A stretch of 64,000 nucleotides of DNA from Auanema rhodensis. Lineage: Eukaryota > Animalia > Nematoda. Where the stretch lies: assembly GCA_964057225.1 (NCBI GenBank), contig OZ059898.1, forward strand, positions 744,001-808,000. Direction: 5' to 3'. Below the pieces are notes generated by a model. That model was not told the DNA's origin, did not search any database, and saw only the letters and a program-made list of their open reading frames with translations. Positions 1 to 13,000 of the stretch are shown here, piece after piece; positions within the stretch are counted from its first letter, which is position 1, and the number at the start of each line of letters is the position of its first letter. A program made the position numbers and the translations under genes.

Positions 1-403
1 AATTATCTTGAAATTTTTCGAAAAAATTTTTGTCAAAATGTTTTTGGAAGCAATGTTGAGTGTACATGGAAACTCAACATACACTAATGCATCATTTTTC
101 AAACGATCATAACTAATTTTTGTATTAAGCGTTTCTCAATGTAGTATAGTGCATTCGATGCGGATTTTTAAGCTGCGTCGATCTGTGTTATTAGATTTGC
201 GCTAGCTTAAAAATGCACCGAGATATCAACTGATATAAGTTCACACTTATATCCTCGATTTTCACCCTGAAGAATTAATTTTTTCGTTGAATAACATTGT
301 CCATCGTCTTTGCCTTGAAAAAAGGAATCTAAAAACATCTACTTTTTGCTAAATTATCTTGAAATTTTTCGAAAAAATTTTTGTCAAAATGTTTTTGGAA
401 GCA

Positions 404-431
404 ATGTTGAGTGTACATGGAAACTCAACAT
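404..431. other. Intra-monomer inverted repeat ATGTTGAGT-N10-ACTCAACAT (in every monomer, pos 53-80)
   Basis: Perfect 9-bp reverse-complementary arms around the spacer GTACATGGAA. Confidence 0.9.
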
Positions 432-514
432 ACACTAATGCATCATTTTTCAAACGATCATAACTAATTTTTGTATTAAGCGTTTCTCAATGTAGTATAG
501 TGCATTCGATGCGG

Positions 515-565
515 ATTTTTAAGCTGCGTCGATCTGTGTTATCAGATTTGCGCTAGCTTAAAAAT
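515..565. other. Intra-monomer long imperfect inverted repeat (pos 164-214)
   Basis: Perfect 11-bp arms ATTTTTAAGCT/AGCTTAAAAAT, continued inward by GCG/CGC and ATCTG/CAGAT around the loop TGTTAT. Confidence 0.9.
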
Positions 566-582
566 GCACCGAGATATCAACT

Positions 583-604
583 GATATAAGTTCACACTTA
601 TATC
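583..604. other. Intra-monomer inverted repeat GATATAAGT-TCAC-ACTTATATC (pos 232-253)
   Basis: Perfect 9-bp arms with a 4-nt loop. It overlaps a second small dyad, ATATCA-AC-TGATAT. Confidence 0.9.
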
Positions 605-3600
605 CTCGATTTTCACCCTGAAGAATTAATTTTTTTGTTGAATAACATTGTCCATCGTCTTTGCCTTGAAAAAAGGAATCTAAAAACATCTACTTTTTGC
701 TAAATTATTTTGAAATTTTTCGAAAAAATTTTTGTCAAAATGTTTTTGGAAGCAATGTTGAGTGTACATGGAAACTCAACATACACTAATGCATCATTTT
801 TCAAACGATCATAACTAATTTTTGTATTAAGCGTTTCTCAATGTAGTATAGTGCATTCGATGCGGATTTTTAAGCTGCGTCGATCTGTGTTATCAGATTT
901 GAGCTAGCTTAAAAATGCACCGAGATATCAACTGATATAAGTTCACACTTATATCCTCGATTTTCACCCTGAAGAATTAATTTTTTTGTTGAATAACATC
1001 GTCCATCGTCTTTGCCTTGAAAAAAGGAATCTAAAAACATCTACTTTTTGCTAAATTATCTTGAAATTTTTCGAAAAAATTTTTGTCAAAATGTTTTTGG
1101 AAGCAATGTTGAGTGTACATGGAAACTCAACATACACTAATGCATCATTTTTCAAACGATCATAACTAATTTTTGTATTAAGCGTTTCTCAATGTAGTAT
1201 AGTGCATTCGATGCGGATTTTTAAGCTGCGTCGATCTGTGTTATCAGATTTGCGCTAGCTTAAAAATGCACCGAGATATCAACTGATATAAGTTCACACT
1301 TATATCCTCGATTTTCACCCTGAAGAATTAATTTTTTCGTTGAATAACATTGTCCATCGTCTTTGCCTTGAAAAAAGGAATCTAAAAACATCTACTTTTT
1401 GCTAAATTATCTTGAAATTTTTCGAAAAAATTTTTGTCAAAATGTTTTTGGAAGCAATGTTGAGTGTACATGGAAACTCAACATACACTAATGCATCATT
1501 TTTCAAACGATCATAACTAATTTTTGTATTAAGCGTTTCTCAATGTAGTATAGTGCATTCGATGCGGATTTTTAAGCTGCGTCGATCTGTGTTATCAGAT
1601 TTGCGCTAGCTTAAAAATGCACCGAGATATCAACTGATATAAGTTCACACTTATATCCTCGATTTTCACCCTGAAGAATTAATTTTTTTGTTGAATAACA
1701 TTGTCCATCGTCTTTGCCTTGAAAAAAGGAATCTAAAAACATCTACTTTTTGCTAAATTATTTTGAAATTTTTCGAAAAAATTTTTGTCAAAATGTTTTT
1801 GGAAGCAATGTTGAGTGTACATGGAAACTCAACATACACTAATGCATCATTTTTCAAACGATCATAACTAATTTTTGTATTAAGCGTTTCTCAATGTCGT
1901 ATAGTGCATTCGATGCGGATTTTTAAGCTGCGTCGATCTGTGTTATCAGATTTGCGCTAGCTTAAAAATGCACCGAGATATCAACTGATATAAGTTCACA
2001 CTTATATCCTCGATTTTCACCCTGAAGAATTAATTTTTTTGTTGAATAACATCGTCCATCGTCTTTGCCTTGAAAAAAGGAATCTAAAAACATCTACTTT
2101 TTGCTAAATTATCTTGAAATTTTTCGAAAAAATTTTTGTCAAAATGTTTTTGGAAGCAATGTTGAGTGTACATGGAAACTCAACATACACTAATGCATCA
2201 TTTTTCAAACGATCATAACTAATTTTTGTATTAAGCGTTTCTCAATGTAGTATAGTGCATTCGATGCGGATTTTTAAGCTGCGTCGATCTGTGTTATCAG
2301 ATTTGCGCTAGCTTAAAAATGCACCGAGATATCAACTGATATAAGTTCACACTTATATCCTCGATTTTCACCCTGAAGAATTAATTTTTTTGTTGAATAA
2401 CATTGTCCATCGTCTTTGCCTTGAAAAAAGGAATCTAAAAACATCTACTTTTTGCTAAATTATTTTGAAATTTTTCGAAAAAATTTTTGTCAAAATGTTT
2501 TTGGAAGCAATGTTGAGTGTACATGGAAACTCAACATACACTAATGCATCATTTTTCAAACGATCATAACTAATTTTTGTATTAAGCGTTTCTCAATGTA
2601 GTATAGTGCATTCGATGCGGATTTTTAAGCTGCGTCGATCTGTGTTATCAGATTTGCGCTAGCTTAAAAATGCACCGAGATATCAACTGATATAAGTTCA
2701 CACTTATATCCTCGATTTTCACCCTGAAGAATTAATTTTTTCGTTGAATAACATTGTCCATCGTCTTTGCCTTGAAAAAAATAATCTAAAAACATCTACT
2801 TTTTGCTAAATTATCTTGAAATTTTTCGAAAAAATTTTTGTCAAAATGTTTTTGGAAGCAATGTTGAGTGTACATGGAAACTCAACATACACTAATGCAT
2901 CATTTTTCAAACGATCATAACTAATTTTTGTATTAAGCGTTTCTCAATGTAGTATAGTGCATTCGATGCGGATTTTTAAGCTGCGTCGATCTGTGTTATC
3001 AGATTTGCGCTAGCTTAAAAATGCACCGAGATATCAACTGATATAAGTTCACACTTATATCCTCGATTTTCACCCTGAAGAATTAAATTTTTCGTTGAAT
3101 AACATTGTCCATCGTCTTTGCCTTGAAAAAAGGAATCTAAAAACATCTACTTTTTGCTAAATTATCTTGAAATTTTTCGAAAAAATTTTTGTCAAAATGT
3201 TTTTGGAAGCAATGTTGAGTGTACATGGAAACTCAACATACACTAATGCATCATTTTTCAAACGATCATAACTAATTTTTGTATTAAGCGTTTCTCAATG
3301 TCGTATAGTGCATTCGATGCGGATTTTTAAGCTGCGTCGATCTGTGTTATCAGATTTGCGCTAGCTTAAAAATGCACCGAGATATCAACTGATATAAGTT
3401 CACACTTATATCCTCGATTTTCACCCTGAAGAATTAATTTTTTCGTTGAATAACATTGTCCATTGTCTTTGCCTTGAAAAAAGGAATCTAAAAACATCTA
3501 CTTTTTGCTAAATTATCTTGAAATTTTTCGAAAAAATTTTTGTCAAAATGTTTTTGGAAGCAATGTTGAGTGTACATGGAAACTCAACATACACTAATGC

Positions 3601-6600
3601 ATCATTTTTCAAACGATCATAACTAATTTTTGTATTAAGCGTTTCTCAATGTAGTATAGTGCATTCGATGCGGATTTTTAAGCTGCGTCGATCTGTGTTA
3701 TTAGATTTGCGCTAGCTTAAAAATGCACCGAGATATCAACTGATATAAGTTCACACTTATATCCTCGATTTTCACCCTGAAGAATTAATTTTTTCGTTGA
3801 ATAACATTGTCCATCGTCTTTGCCTTGAAAAAAGGAATCTAAAAACATCTACTTTTTGCTAAATTATCTTGAAATTTTTCGAAAAAATTTTTGTCAAAAT
3901 GTTTTTGGAAGCAATGTTGAGTGTACATGGAAACTCAACATACACTAATGCATCATTTTTCAAACGATCATAACTAATTTTTGTATTAAGCGTTTCTCAA
4001 TGTAGTATAGTGCATTCGATGCGGATTTTTAAGCTGCGTCGATCTGTGTTATCAGATTTGCGCTAGCTTAAAAATGCACCGAGATATCAACTGATATAAG
4101 TTCACACTTATATCCTCGATTTTCACCCTGAAGAATTAATTTTTTTGTTGAATAACATTGTCCATCGTCTTTGCCTTGAAAAAAGGAATCTAAAAACATC
4201 TACTTTTTGCTAAATTATCTTGAAATTTTTCGAAAAAATTTTTGTCAAAATGTTTTTGGAAGCAATGTTGAGTGTACATGGAAACTCAACATACACTAAT
4301 GCATCATTTTTCAAACGATCATAACTAATTTTTGTATTAAGCGTTTCTCAATGTAGTATAGTGCATTCGATGCGGATTTTTAAGCTGCGTCGATCTGTGT
4401 TATCAGATTTGAGCTAGCTTAAAAATGCACCGAGATATCAACTGATATAAGTTCACACTTATATCCTCGATTTTCACCCTGAAGAATTAATTTTTTTGTT
4501 GAATAACATCGTCCATCGTCTTTGCCTTGAAAAAAGGAATCTAAAAACATCTACTTTTTGCTAAATTATCTTGAAATTTTTCGAAAAAATTTTTGTCAAA
4601 ATGTTTTTGGAAGCAATGTTGAGTGTACATGGAAACTCAACATACACTAATGCATCATTTTTCAAACGATCATAACTAATTTTTGTATTAAGCGTTTCTC
4701 AATGTAGTATAGTGCATTCGATGCGGATTTTTAAGCTGCGTCGATCTGTGTTATCAGATTTGCGCTAGCTTAAAAATGCACCGAGATATCAACTGATATA
4801 AGTTCACACTTATATCCTCGATTTTCACCCTGAAGAATTAATTTTTTCGTTGAATAACATTGTCCATCGTCTTTGCCTTGAAAAAAGGAATCTAAAAACA
4901 TCTACTTTTTGCTAAATTATCTTGAAATTTTTCGAAAAAATTTTTGTCAAAATGTTTTTGGAAGCAATGTTGAGTGTACATGGAAACTCAACATACACTA
5001 ATGCATCATTTTTCAAACGATCATAACTAATTTTTGTATTAAGCGTTTCTCAATGTAGTATAGTGCATTCGATGCGGATTTTTAAGCTGCGTCGATCTGT
5101 GTTATCAGATTTGCGCTAGCTTAAAAATGCACCGAGATATCAACTGATATAAGTTCACACTTATATCCTCGATTTTCACCCTGAAGAATTAATTTTTTTG
5201 TTGAATAACATTGTCCATCGTCTTTGCCTTGAAAAAAGGAATCTAAAAACATCTACTTTTTGCTAAATTATTTTGAAATTTTTCGAAAAAATTTTTGTCA
5301 AAATGTTTTTGGAAGCAATGTTGAGTGTACATGGAAACTCAACATACACTAATGCATCATTTTTCAAACGATCATAACTAATTTTTGTATTAAGCGTTTC
5401 TCAATGTCGTATAGTGCATTCGATGCGGATTTTTAAGCTGCGTCGATCTGTGTTATCAGATTTGCGCTAGCTTAAAAATGCACCGAGATATCAACTGATA
5501 TAAGTTCACACTTATATCCTCGATTTTCACCCTGAAGAATTAATTTTTTTGTTGAATAACATCGTCCATCGTCTTTGCCTTGAAAAAAGGAATCTAAAAA
5601 CATCTACTTTTTGCTAAATTATCTTGAAATTTTTCGAAAAAATTTTTGTCAAAATGTTTTTGGAAGCAATGTTGAGTGTACATGGAAACTCAACATACAC
5701 TAATGCATCATTTTTCAAACGATCATAACTAATTTTTGTATTAAGCGTTTCTCAATGTAGTATAGTGCATTCGATGCGGATTTTTAAGCTGCGTCGATCT
5801 GTGTTATCAGATTTGCGCTAGCTTAAAAATGCACCGAGATATCAACTGATATAAGTTCACACTTATATCCTCGATTTTCACCCTGAAGAATTAATTTTTT
5901 TGTTGAATAACATTGTCCATCGTCTTTGCCTTGAAAAAAGGAATCTAAAAACATCTACTTTTTGCTAAATTATTTTGAAATTTTTCGAAAAAATTTTTGT
6001 CAAAATGTTTTTGGAAGCAATGTTGAGTGTACATGGAAACTCAACATACACTAATGCATCATTTTTCAAACGATCATAACTAATTTTTGTATTAAGCGTT
6101 TCTCAATGTCGTATAGTGCATTCGATGCGGATTTTTAAGCTGCGTCGATCTGTGTTATCAGATTTGCGCTAGCTTAAAAATGCACCGAGATATCAACTGA
6201 TATAAGTTCACACTTATATCCTCGATTTTCACCCTGAAGAATTAATTTTTTTGTTGAATAACATCGTCCATCGTCTTTGCCTTGAAAAAAGGAATCTAAA
6301 AACATCTACTTTTTGCTAAATTATCTTGAAATTTTTCGAAAAAATTTTTGTCAAAATGTTTTTGGAAGCAATGTTGAGTGTACATGGAAACTCAACATAC
6401 ACTAATGCATCATTTTTCAAACGATCATAACTAATTTTTGTATTAAGCGTTTCTCAATGTCGTATAGTGCATTCGATGCGGATTTTTAAGCTGCGTCGAT
6501 CTGTGTTATCAGATTTGCGCTAGCTTAAAAATGCACCGAGATATCAACTGATATAAGTTCACACTTATATCCTCGATTTTCACCCTGAAGAATTAATTTT

Positions 6601-7722
6601 TTTGTTGAATAACATCGTCCATCGTCTTTGCCTTGAAAAAAGGAATCTAAAAACATCTACTTTTTGCTAAATTATCTTGAAATTTTTCGAAAAAATTTTT
6701 GTCAAAATGTTTTTGGAAGCAATGTTGAGTGTACATGGAAACTCAACATACACTAATGCATCATTTTTCAAACGATCATAACTAATTTTTGTATTAAGCG
6801 TTTCTCAATGTAGTATAGTGCATTCGATGCGGATTTTTAAGCTGCGTCGATCTGTGTTATCAGATTTGCGCTAGCTTAAAAATGCACCGAGATATCAACT
6901 GATATAAGTTCACACTTATATCCTCGATTTTCACCCTGAAGAATTAATGTTTTTGTTGAATAACATTGTCCATCGTCTTTGCCTTGAAAAAAGGAATCTA
7001 AAAACATCTACTTTTTGCTAAATTATTTTGAAATTTTTCGAAAAAATTTTTGTCAAAATGTTTTTGGAAGCAATGTTGAGTGTACATGGAAACTCAACAT
7101 ACACTAATGCATCATTTTTCAAACGATCATAACTAATTTTTGTATTAAGCGTTTCTCAATGTCGTATAGTGCATTCGATGCGGATTTTTAAGCTGCGTCG
7201 ATCTGTGTTATCAGATTTGCGCTAGCTTAAAAATGCACCGAGATATCAACTGATATAAGTTCACACTTATATCCTCGATTTTCACCCTGAAGAATTAATT
7301 TTTTTGTTGAATAACATCGTCCATCGTCTTTGCCTTGAAAAAAGGAATCTAAAAACATCTACTTTTTGCTAAATTATCTTGAAATTTTTCGAAAAAATTT
7401 TTGTCAAAATGTTTTTGGAAGCAATGTTGAGTGTACATGGAAACTCAACATACACTAATGCATCATTTTTCAAACGATCATAACTAATTTTTGTATTAAG
7501 CGTATCTCAATGTAGTATAGTGCATTCGATGCGGATTTTTAAGCTGCGTCGATCTGTGTTATCAGATTTGCGCTAGCTTAAAAATGCACCGAGATATCAA
7601 CTGATATAAGTTCACACTTATATCCTCGATTTTCACCCTGAAGAATTAATTTTTTCGTTGAATAACATTGTCCATCGTCTTTGCCTTGAAAAAAGGAATC
7701 TAAAAACATCTACTTTTTGCTA

Positions 7723-7997
7723 AATTATCTTGAAATTTTTCGAAAAAATTTTTGTCAAAATGTTTTTGGAAGCAATGTTGAGTGTACATGGAAACTCAAC
7801 ATACACTAATGCATCATTTTTCAAACGATCATAACTAATTTTTGTATTAAGCGTTTCTCAATGTCGTATAGTGCATTCGATGCGGATTTTTAAGCTATCC
7901 TCGATTTTCACCCTGAAGAATTAATTTTTTTGTTGAATAACATTGTCCATCGTCTTTGCCTTGAAAAAAGGAATCTAAAAACATCTACTTTTTGCTA
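7723..7997. repeat. 275-bp deleted monomer (lacks monomer pos 175-250)
   Basis: Junction TTTTTAAGCT|ATCCTCGAT at 7896/7897. Confidence 0.95.
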
Positions 7998-9400
7998 AAT
8001 TATTTTGAAATTTTTCAAAAAATTTTTGTCAAAATGTTTTTGGAAGCAATGTTGAGTGTACATGGAAACTCAACATACACTAATGCATCATTTTTCAAAC
8101 GATCATAACTAATTTTTGTATTAAGCGTTTCTCAATGTCGTATAGTGCATTCGATGCGGATTTTTAAGCTGCGTCGATCTGTGTTATCAGATTTGCGCTA
8201 GCTTAAAAATGCACCGAGATATCAACTGATATAAGTTCACACTTATATCCTCGATTTTCACCCTGAAGAATTAATTTTTTCGTTGAATAACATTGTCCAT
8301 CGTCTTTGCCTTGAAAAAAGGAATCTAAAAACATCTACTTTTTGCTAAATTATCTTGAAATTTTTCGAAAAAATTTTTGTCAAAATGTTTTTGGAAGCAA
8401 TGTTGAGTGTACATGGAAACTCAACATACACTAATGCATCATTTTTCAAACGATCATAACTAATTTTTGTATTAAGCGTTTCTCAATGTAGTATAGTGCA
8501 TTCGATGCGGATTTTTAAGCTGCGTCGATCTGTGTTATCAGATTTGCGCTAGCTTAAAAATGCACCGAGATATCAACTGATATAAGTTCACACTTATATC
8601 CTCGATTTTCACCCTGAAGAATTAATTTTTTTGTTGAATAACATTGTCCATCGTCTTTGCCTTGAAAAAAGGAATCTAAAAACATCTACTTTTTGCTAAA
8701 TTATTTTGAAATTTTTCGAAAAAATTTTTGTCAAAATGTTTTTGGAAGCAATGTTGAGTGTACATGGAAACTCAACATACACTAATGCATCATTTTTCAA
8801 ACGATCATAACTAATTTTTGTATTAAGCGTTTCTCAATGTCGTATAGTGCATTCGATGCGGATTTTTAAGCTGCGTCGATCTGTGTTATCAGATTTGCGC
8901 TAGCTTAAAAATGCACCGAGATATCAACTGATATAAGTTCACACTTATATCCTCGATTTTCACCCTGAAGAATTAATTTTTTTGTTGAATAACATCGTCC
9001 ATCGTCTTTGCCTTGAAAAAAGGAATCTAAAAACATCTACTTTTTGCTAAATTATCTTGAAATTTTTCGAAAAAATTTTTGTCAAAATGTTTTTGGAAGC
9101 AATGTTGAGTGTACATGGAAACTCAACATACACTAATGCATCATTTTTCAAACGATCATAACTAATTTTTGTATTAAGCGTATCTCAATGTAGTATAGTG
9201 CATTCGATGCGGATTTTTAAGCTGCGTCGATCTGTGTTATCAGATTTGCGCTAGCTTAAAAATGCACCGAGATATCAACTGATATAAGTTCACACTTATA
9301 TCCTCGATTTTCACCCTGAAGAATTAATTTTTTCGTTGAATAACATTGTCCATCGTCTTTGCCTTGAAAAAAGGAATCTAAAAACATCTACTTTTTGCTA

Positions 9401-9675
9401 AATTATCTTGAAATTTTTCGAAAAAATTTTTGTCAAAATGTTTTTGGAAGCAATGTTGAGTGTACATGGAAACTCAACATACACTAATGCATCATTTTTC
9501 AAACGATCATAACTAATTTTTGTATTAAGCGTTTCTCAATGTCGTATAGTGCATTCGATGCGGATTTTTAAGCTATCCTCGATTTTCACCCTGAAGAATT
9601 AATTTTTTTGTTGAATAACATTGTCCATCGTCTTTGCCTTGAAAAAAGGAATCTAAAAACATCTACTTTTTGCTA
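9401..9675. repeat. 275-bp deleted monomer
   Basis: Same junction at 9574/9575. Confidence 0.95.
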
Positions 9676-10026
9676 AATTATTTTGAAATTTTTCAAAAAA
9701 TTTTTGTCAAAATGTTTTTGGAAGCAATGTTGAGTGTACATGGAAACTCAACATACACTAATGCATCATTTTTCAAACGATCATAACTAATTTTTGTATT
9801 AAGCGTTTCTCAATGTCGTATAGTGCATTCGATGCGGATTTTTAAGCTGCGTCGATCTGTGTTATCAGATTTGCGCTAGCTTAAAAATGCACCGAGATAT
9901 CAACTGATATAAGTTCACACTTATATCCTCGATTTTCACCCTGAAGAATTAATTTTTTCGTTGAATAACATTGTCCATCGTCTTTGCCTTGAAAAAAGGA
10001 ATCTAAAAACATCTACTTTTTGCTAA

Positions 10027-13000
10027 ATTATCTTGAAATTTTTCGAAAAAATTTTTGTCAAAATGTTTTTGGAAGCAATGTTGAGTGTACATGGAAACTC
10101 AACATACACTAATGCATCATTTTTCAAACGATCATAACTAATTTTTGTATTAAGCGTTTCTCAATGTCGTATAGTGCATTCGATGCGGATTTTTAAGCTG
10201 CGTCGATCTGTGTTTTCAGATTTGCGCTAGCTTAAAAATGCATCGAGATATCAACTGATATAAGTTCACACTTATATCCTCGATTTTCACCCTGAAGAAT
10301 TAATTTTTTTGTTGAATAACATTGTCCATCGTCTTTGCCTTGAAAAAAGAAATCTAAAAACATCTACTTTTTGCTAAATTATTTTGAAATTTTTCGAAAA
10401 AATTTTTGTCAAAATGTTTTTGGAAGCAATGTTGAGTGTACATGGAAACTCAACATACACTAATGCATCATTTTTCAAACGATCATAACTAATTTTTGTA
10501 TTAAGCGTTTCTCAATGTCGTATAGTGCATTCGATGCGGATTTTTAAGCTGCGTCGATCTGTGTTATCAGATTTGCGCTAGCTTAAAAATGCACCGAGAT
10601 ATCAACTGATATAAGTTCACACTTATATCCTCGATTTTCACCCTGAAGAATTAATTTTTTCGTTGAATAACATTGTCCATCGTCTTTGCCTTGAAAAAAG
10701 GAATCTAAAAACATCTACTTTTTGCTAAATTATCTTGAAATTTTTCGAAAAAATTTTTGTCAAAATGTTTTTGGAAGCAATGTTGAGTGTACATGGAAAC
10801 TCAACATACACTAATGCATCATTTTTCAAACGATCATAACTAATTTTTGTATTAAGCGTTTCTCAATGTCGTATAGTGCATTCGATGCGGATTTTTAAGC
10901 TGCGTCGATCTGTGTTTTCAGATTTGCGCTAGCTTAAAAATGCACCGAGATATCAACTGATATAAGTTCACACTTATATCCTCGATTTTCACCCTGAAGA
11001 ATTAATTTTTTTGTTGAATAACATTGTCCATCGTCTTTGCCTTGAAAAAAGAAATCTAAAAACATCTACTTTTTGCTAAATTATTTTGAAATTTTTCGAA
11101 AAAATTTTTGTCAAAATGTTTTTGGAAGCAATGTTGAGTGTACATGGAAACTCAACATACACTAATGCATCATTTTTCAAACGATCATAACTAATTTTTG
11201 TATTAAGCGTTTCTCAATGTCGTATAGTGCATTCGATGCGGATTTTTAAGCTGCGTCGATCTGTGTTATCAGATTTGCGCTAGCTTAAAAATGCACCGAG
11301 ATATCAACTGATATAAGTTCACACTTATATCCTCGATTTTCACCCTGAAGAATTAATTTTTTCGTTGAATAACATTGTCCATCGTCTTTGCCTTGAAAAA
11401 AGGAATCTAAAAACATCTACTTTTTGCTAAATTATCTTGAAATTTTTCGAAAAAATTTTTGTCAAAATGTTTTTGGAAGCAATGTTGAGTGTACATGGAA
11501 ACTCAACATACACTAATGCATCATTTTTCAAACGATTATAACTAATTTTTGTATTAAGCGTTTCTCAATGTAGTATAGTGCATTCGATGCGGATTTTTAA
11601 GCTGCGTCGATCTGTGTTATCAGATTTGCGCTAGCTTAAAAATGCACCGAGATATCAACTGATATAAGTTCACACTTATATCCTCGATTTTCACCCTGAA
11701 GAATTAATTTTTTCGTTGAATAACATTGTCCATCGTCTTTGCCTTGAAAAAAGGAATCTAAAAACATCTACTTTTTGCTAAATTATCTTGAAATTTTTCG
11801 AAAAAATTTTTGTCAAAATGTTTTTGGAAGCAATGTTGAGTGTACATGGAAACTCAACATACACTAATGCATCATTTTTCAAACGATTATAACTAATTTT
11901 TGTATTAAGCGTTTCTCAATGTAGTATAGTGCATTCGATGCGGATTTTTAAGCTGCGTCGATCTGTGTTATCAGATTTGCGCTAGCTTAAAAATGCACCG
12001 AGATATCAACTGATATAAGTTCACACTTATATCCTCGATTTTCACCCTGAAGAATTAATTTTTTCGTTGAATAACATTGTCCATCGTCTTTGCCTTGAAA
12101 AAAGGAATCTAAAAACATCTACTTTTTGCTAAATTATCTTGAAATTTTTCGAAAAAATTTTTGTCAAAATGTTTTTGGAAGCAATGTTGAGTGTACATGG
12201 AAACTCAACATACACTAATGCATCATTTTTCAAACGATCATAACTAATTTTTGTATTAAGCGTTTCTCAATGTCGTATAGTGCATTCGATGCGGATTTTT
12301 AAGCTGCGTCGATCTGTGTTATCAGATTTGCGCTAGCTTAAAAATGCACCGAGATATCAACTGATATAAGTTCACACTTATATCCTCGATTTTCACCCTG
12401 AAGAATTAATTTTTTCGTTGAATAACATTGTCCATCGTCTTTGCCTTGAAAAAAGGAATCTAAAAACATCTACTTTTTGCTAAATTATCTTGAAATTTTT
12501 CGAAAAAATTTTTGTCAAAATGTTTTTGGAAGCAATGTTGAGTGTACATGGAAACTCAACATACACTAATGCATCATTTTTCAAACGATTATAACTAATT
12601 TTTGTATTAAGCGTTTCTCAATGTAGTATAGTGCATTCGATGCGGATTTTTAAGCTGCGTCGATCTGTGTTATCAGATTTGCGCTAGCTTAAAAATGCAC
12701 CGAGATATCAACTGATATAAGTTCACACTTATATCCTCGATTTTCACCCTGAAGAATTAATTTTTTCGTTGAATAACATTGTCCATCGTCTTTGCCTTGA
12801 AAAAAGGAATCTAAAAACATCTACTTTTTGCTAAATTATCTTGAAATTTTTCGAAAAAATTTTTGTCAAAATGTTTTTGGAAGCAATGTTGAGTGTACAT
12901 GGAAACTCAACATACACTAATGCATCATTTTTCAAACGATCATAACTAATTTTTGTATTAAGCGTTTCTCAATGTAGTATAGTGCATTCGATGCGGATTT

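Larger units (their letters stand above)
352..702. repeat. Representative full-length 351-bp monomer (phase arbitrary)
   Basis: Carries single BstBI (TTCGAA, monomer pos 17-22), BsrGI (TGTACA, 61-66), NsiI (ATGCAT, 87-92), NheI (GCTAGC, 201-206) and EcoRV (GATATC, 222-227) sites. Common polymorphisms occur at monomer pos 7 (C/T), 143 (A/C) and 285 (C/T). Confidence 0.97.
1..6100. repeat. Higher-order duplication, period 10 monomers (3510 bp); boundaries approximate
   Basis: Rare variants TTATTAGAT at 192/3702 and GAGCTAGC at 902/4412 are both 3510 bp apart. Confidence 0.8.
7021..10200. repeat. Higher-order duplication, period 5 monomers (1678 bp), including one deleted monomer; boundaries approximate
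   Basis: GCGTATCTC at 7504/9182 and deletion junctions at 7896/9574 are both 1678 bp apart (4x351+275-1). The following monomer lacks the G of TTTTTCGAAAA in both copies. Confidence 0.85.

Noticed and set aside
282-298. CENP-B-box-like TTTCGTTGAATAACATT
   Set aside because: It matches only the TTCG....A part of the NTTCGNNNNANNCGGGN core and lacks CGGG. The CpG is itself C/T polymorphic.
1-351. Monomer as a dimer of ~175-bp subunits
   Set aside because: I see no convincing similarity between the two halves beyond short A/T tracts and TTAAGC or TCGAT words.
515-565. Compensatory or wobble-preserving evolution of the long hairpin
   Set aside because: Several variants disrupt pairing (pos 175, 177, 181, 194, 200). 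Transitions always give a G:T pair on one strand, and I saw no true covarying pair.
352-702. Tandem RNA gene unit (5S rRNA, tRNA, snRNA or spliced-leader RNA)
   Set aside because: I recognise no 5S, tRNA cloverleaf, Pol III box A/B or spliced-leader sequence on either strand. An Rfam/Infernal search would be the decisive test.
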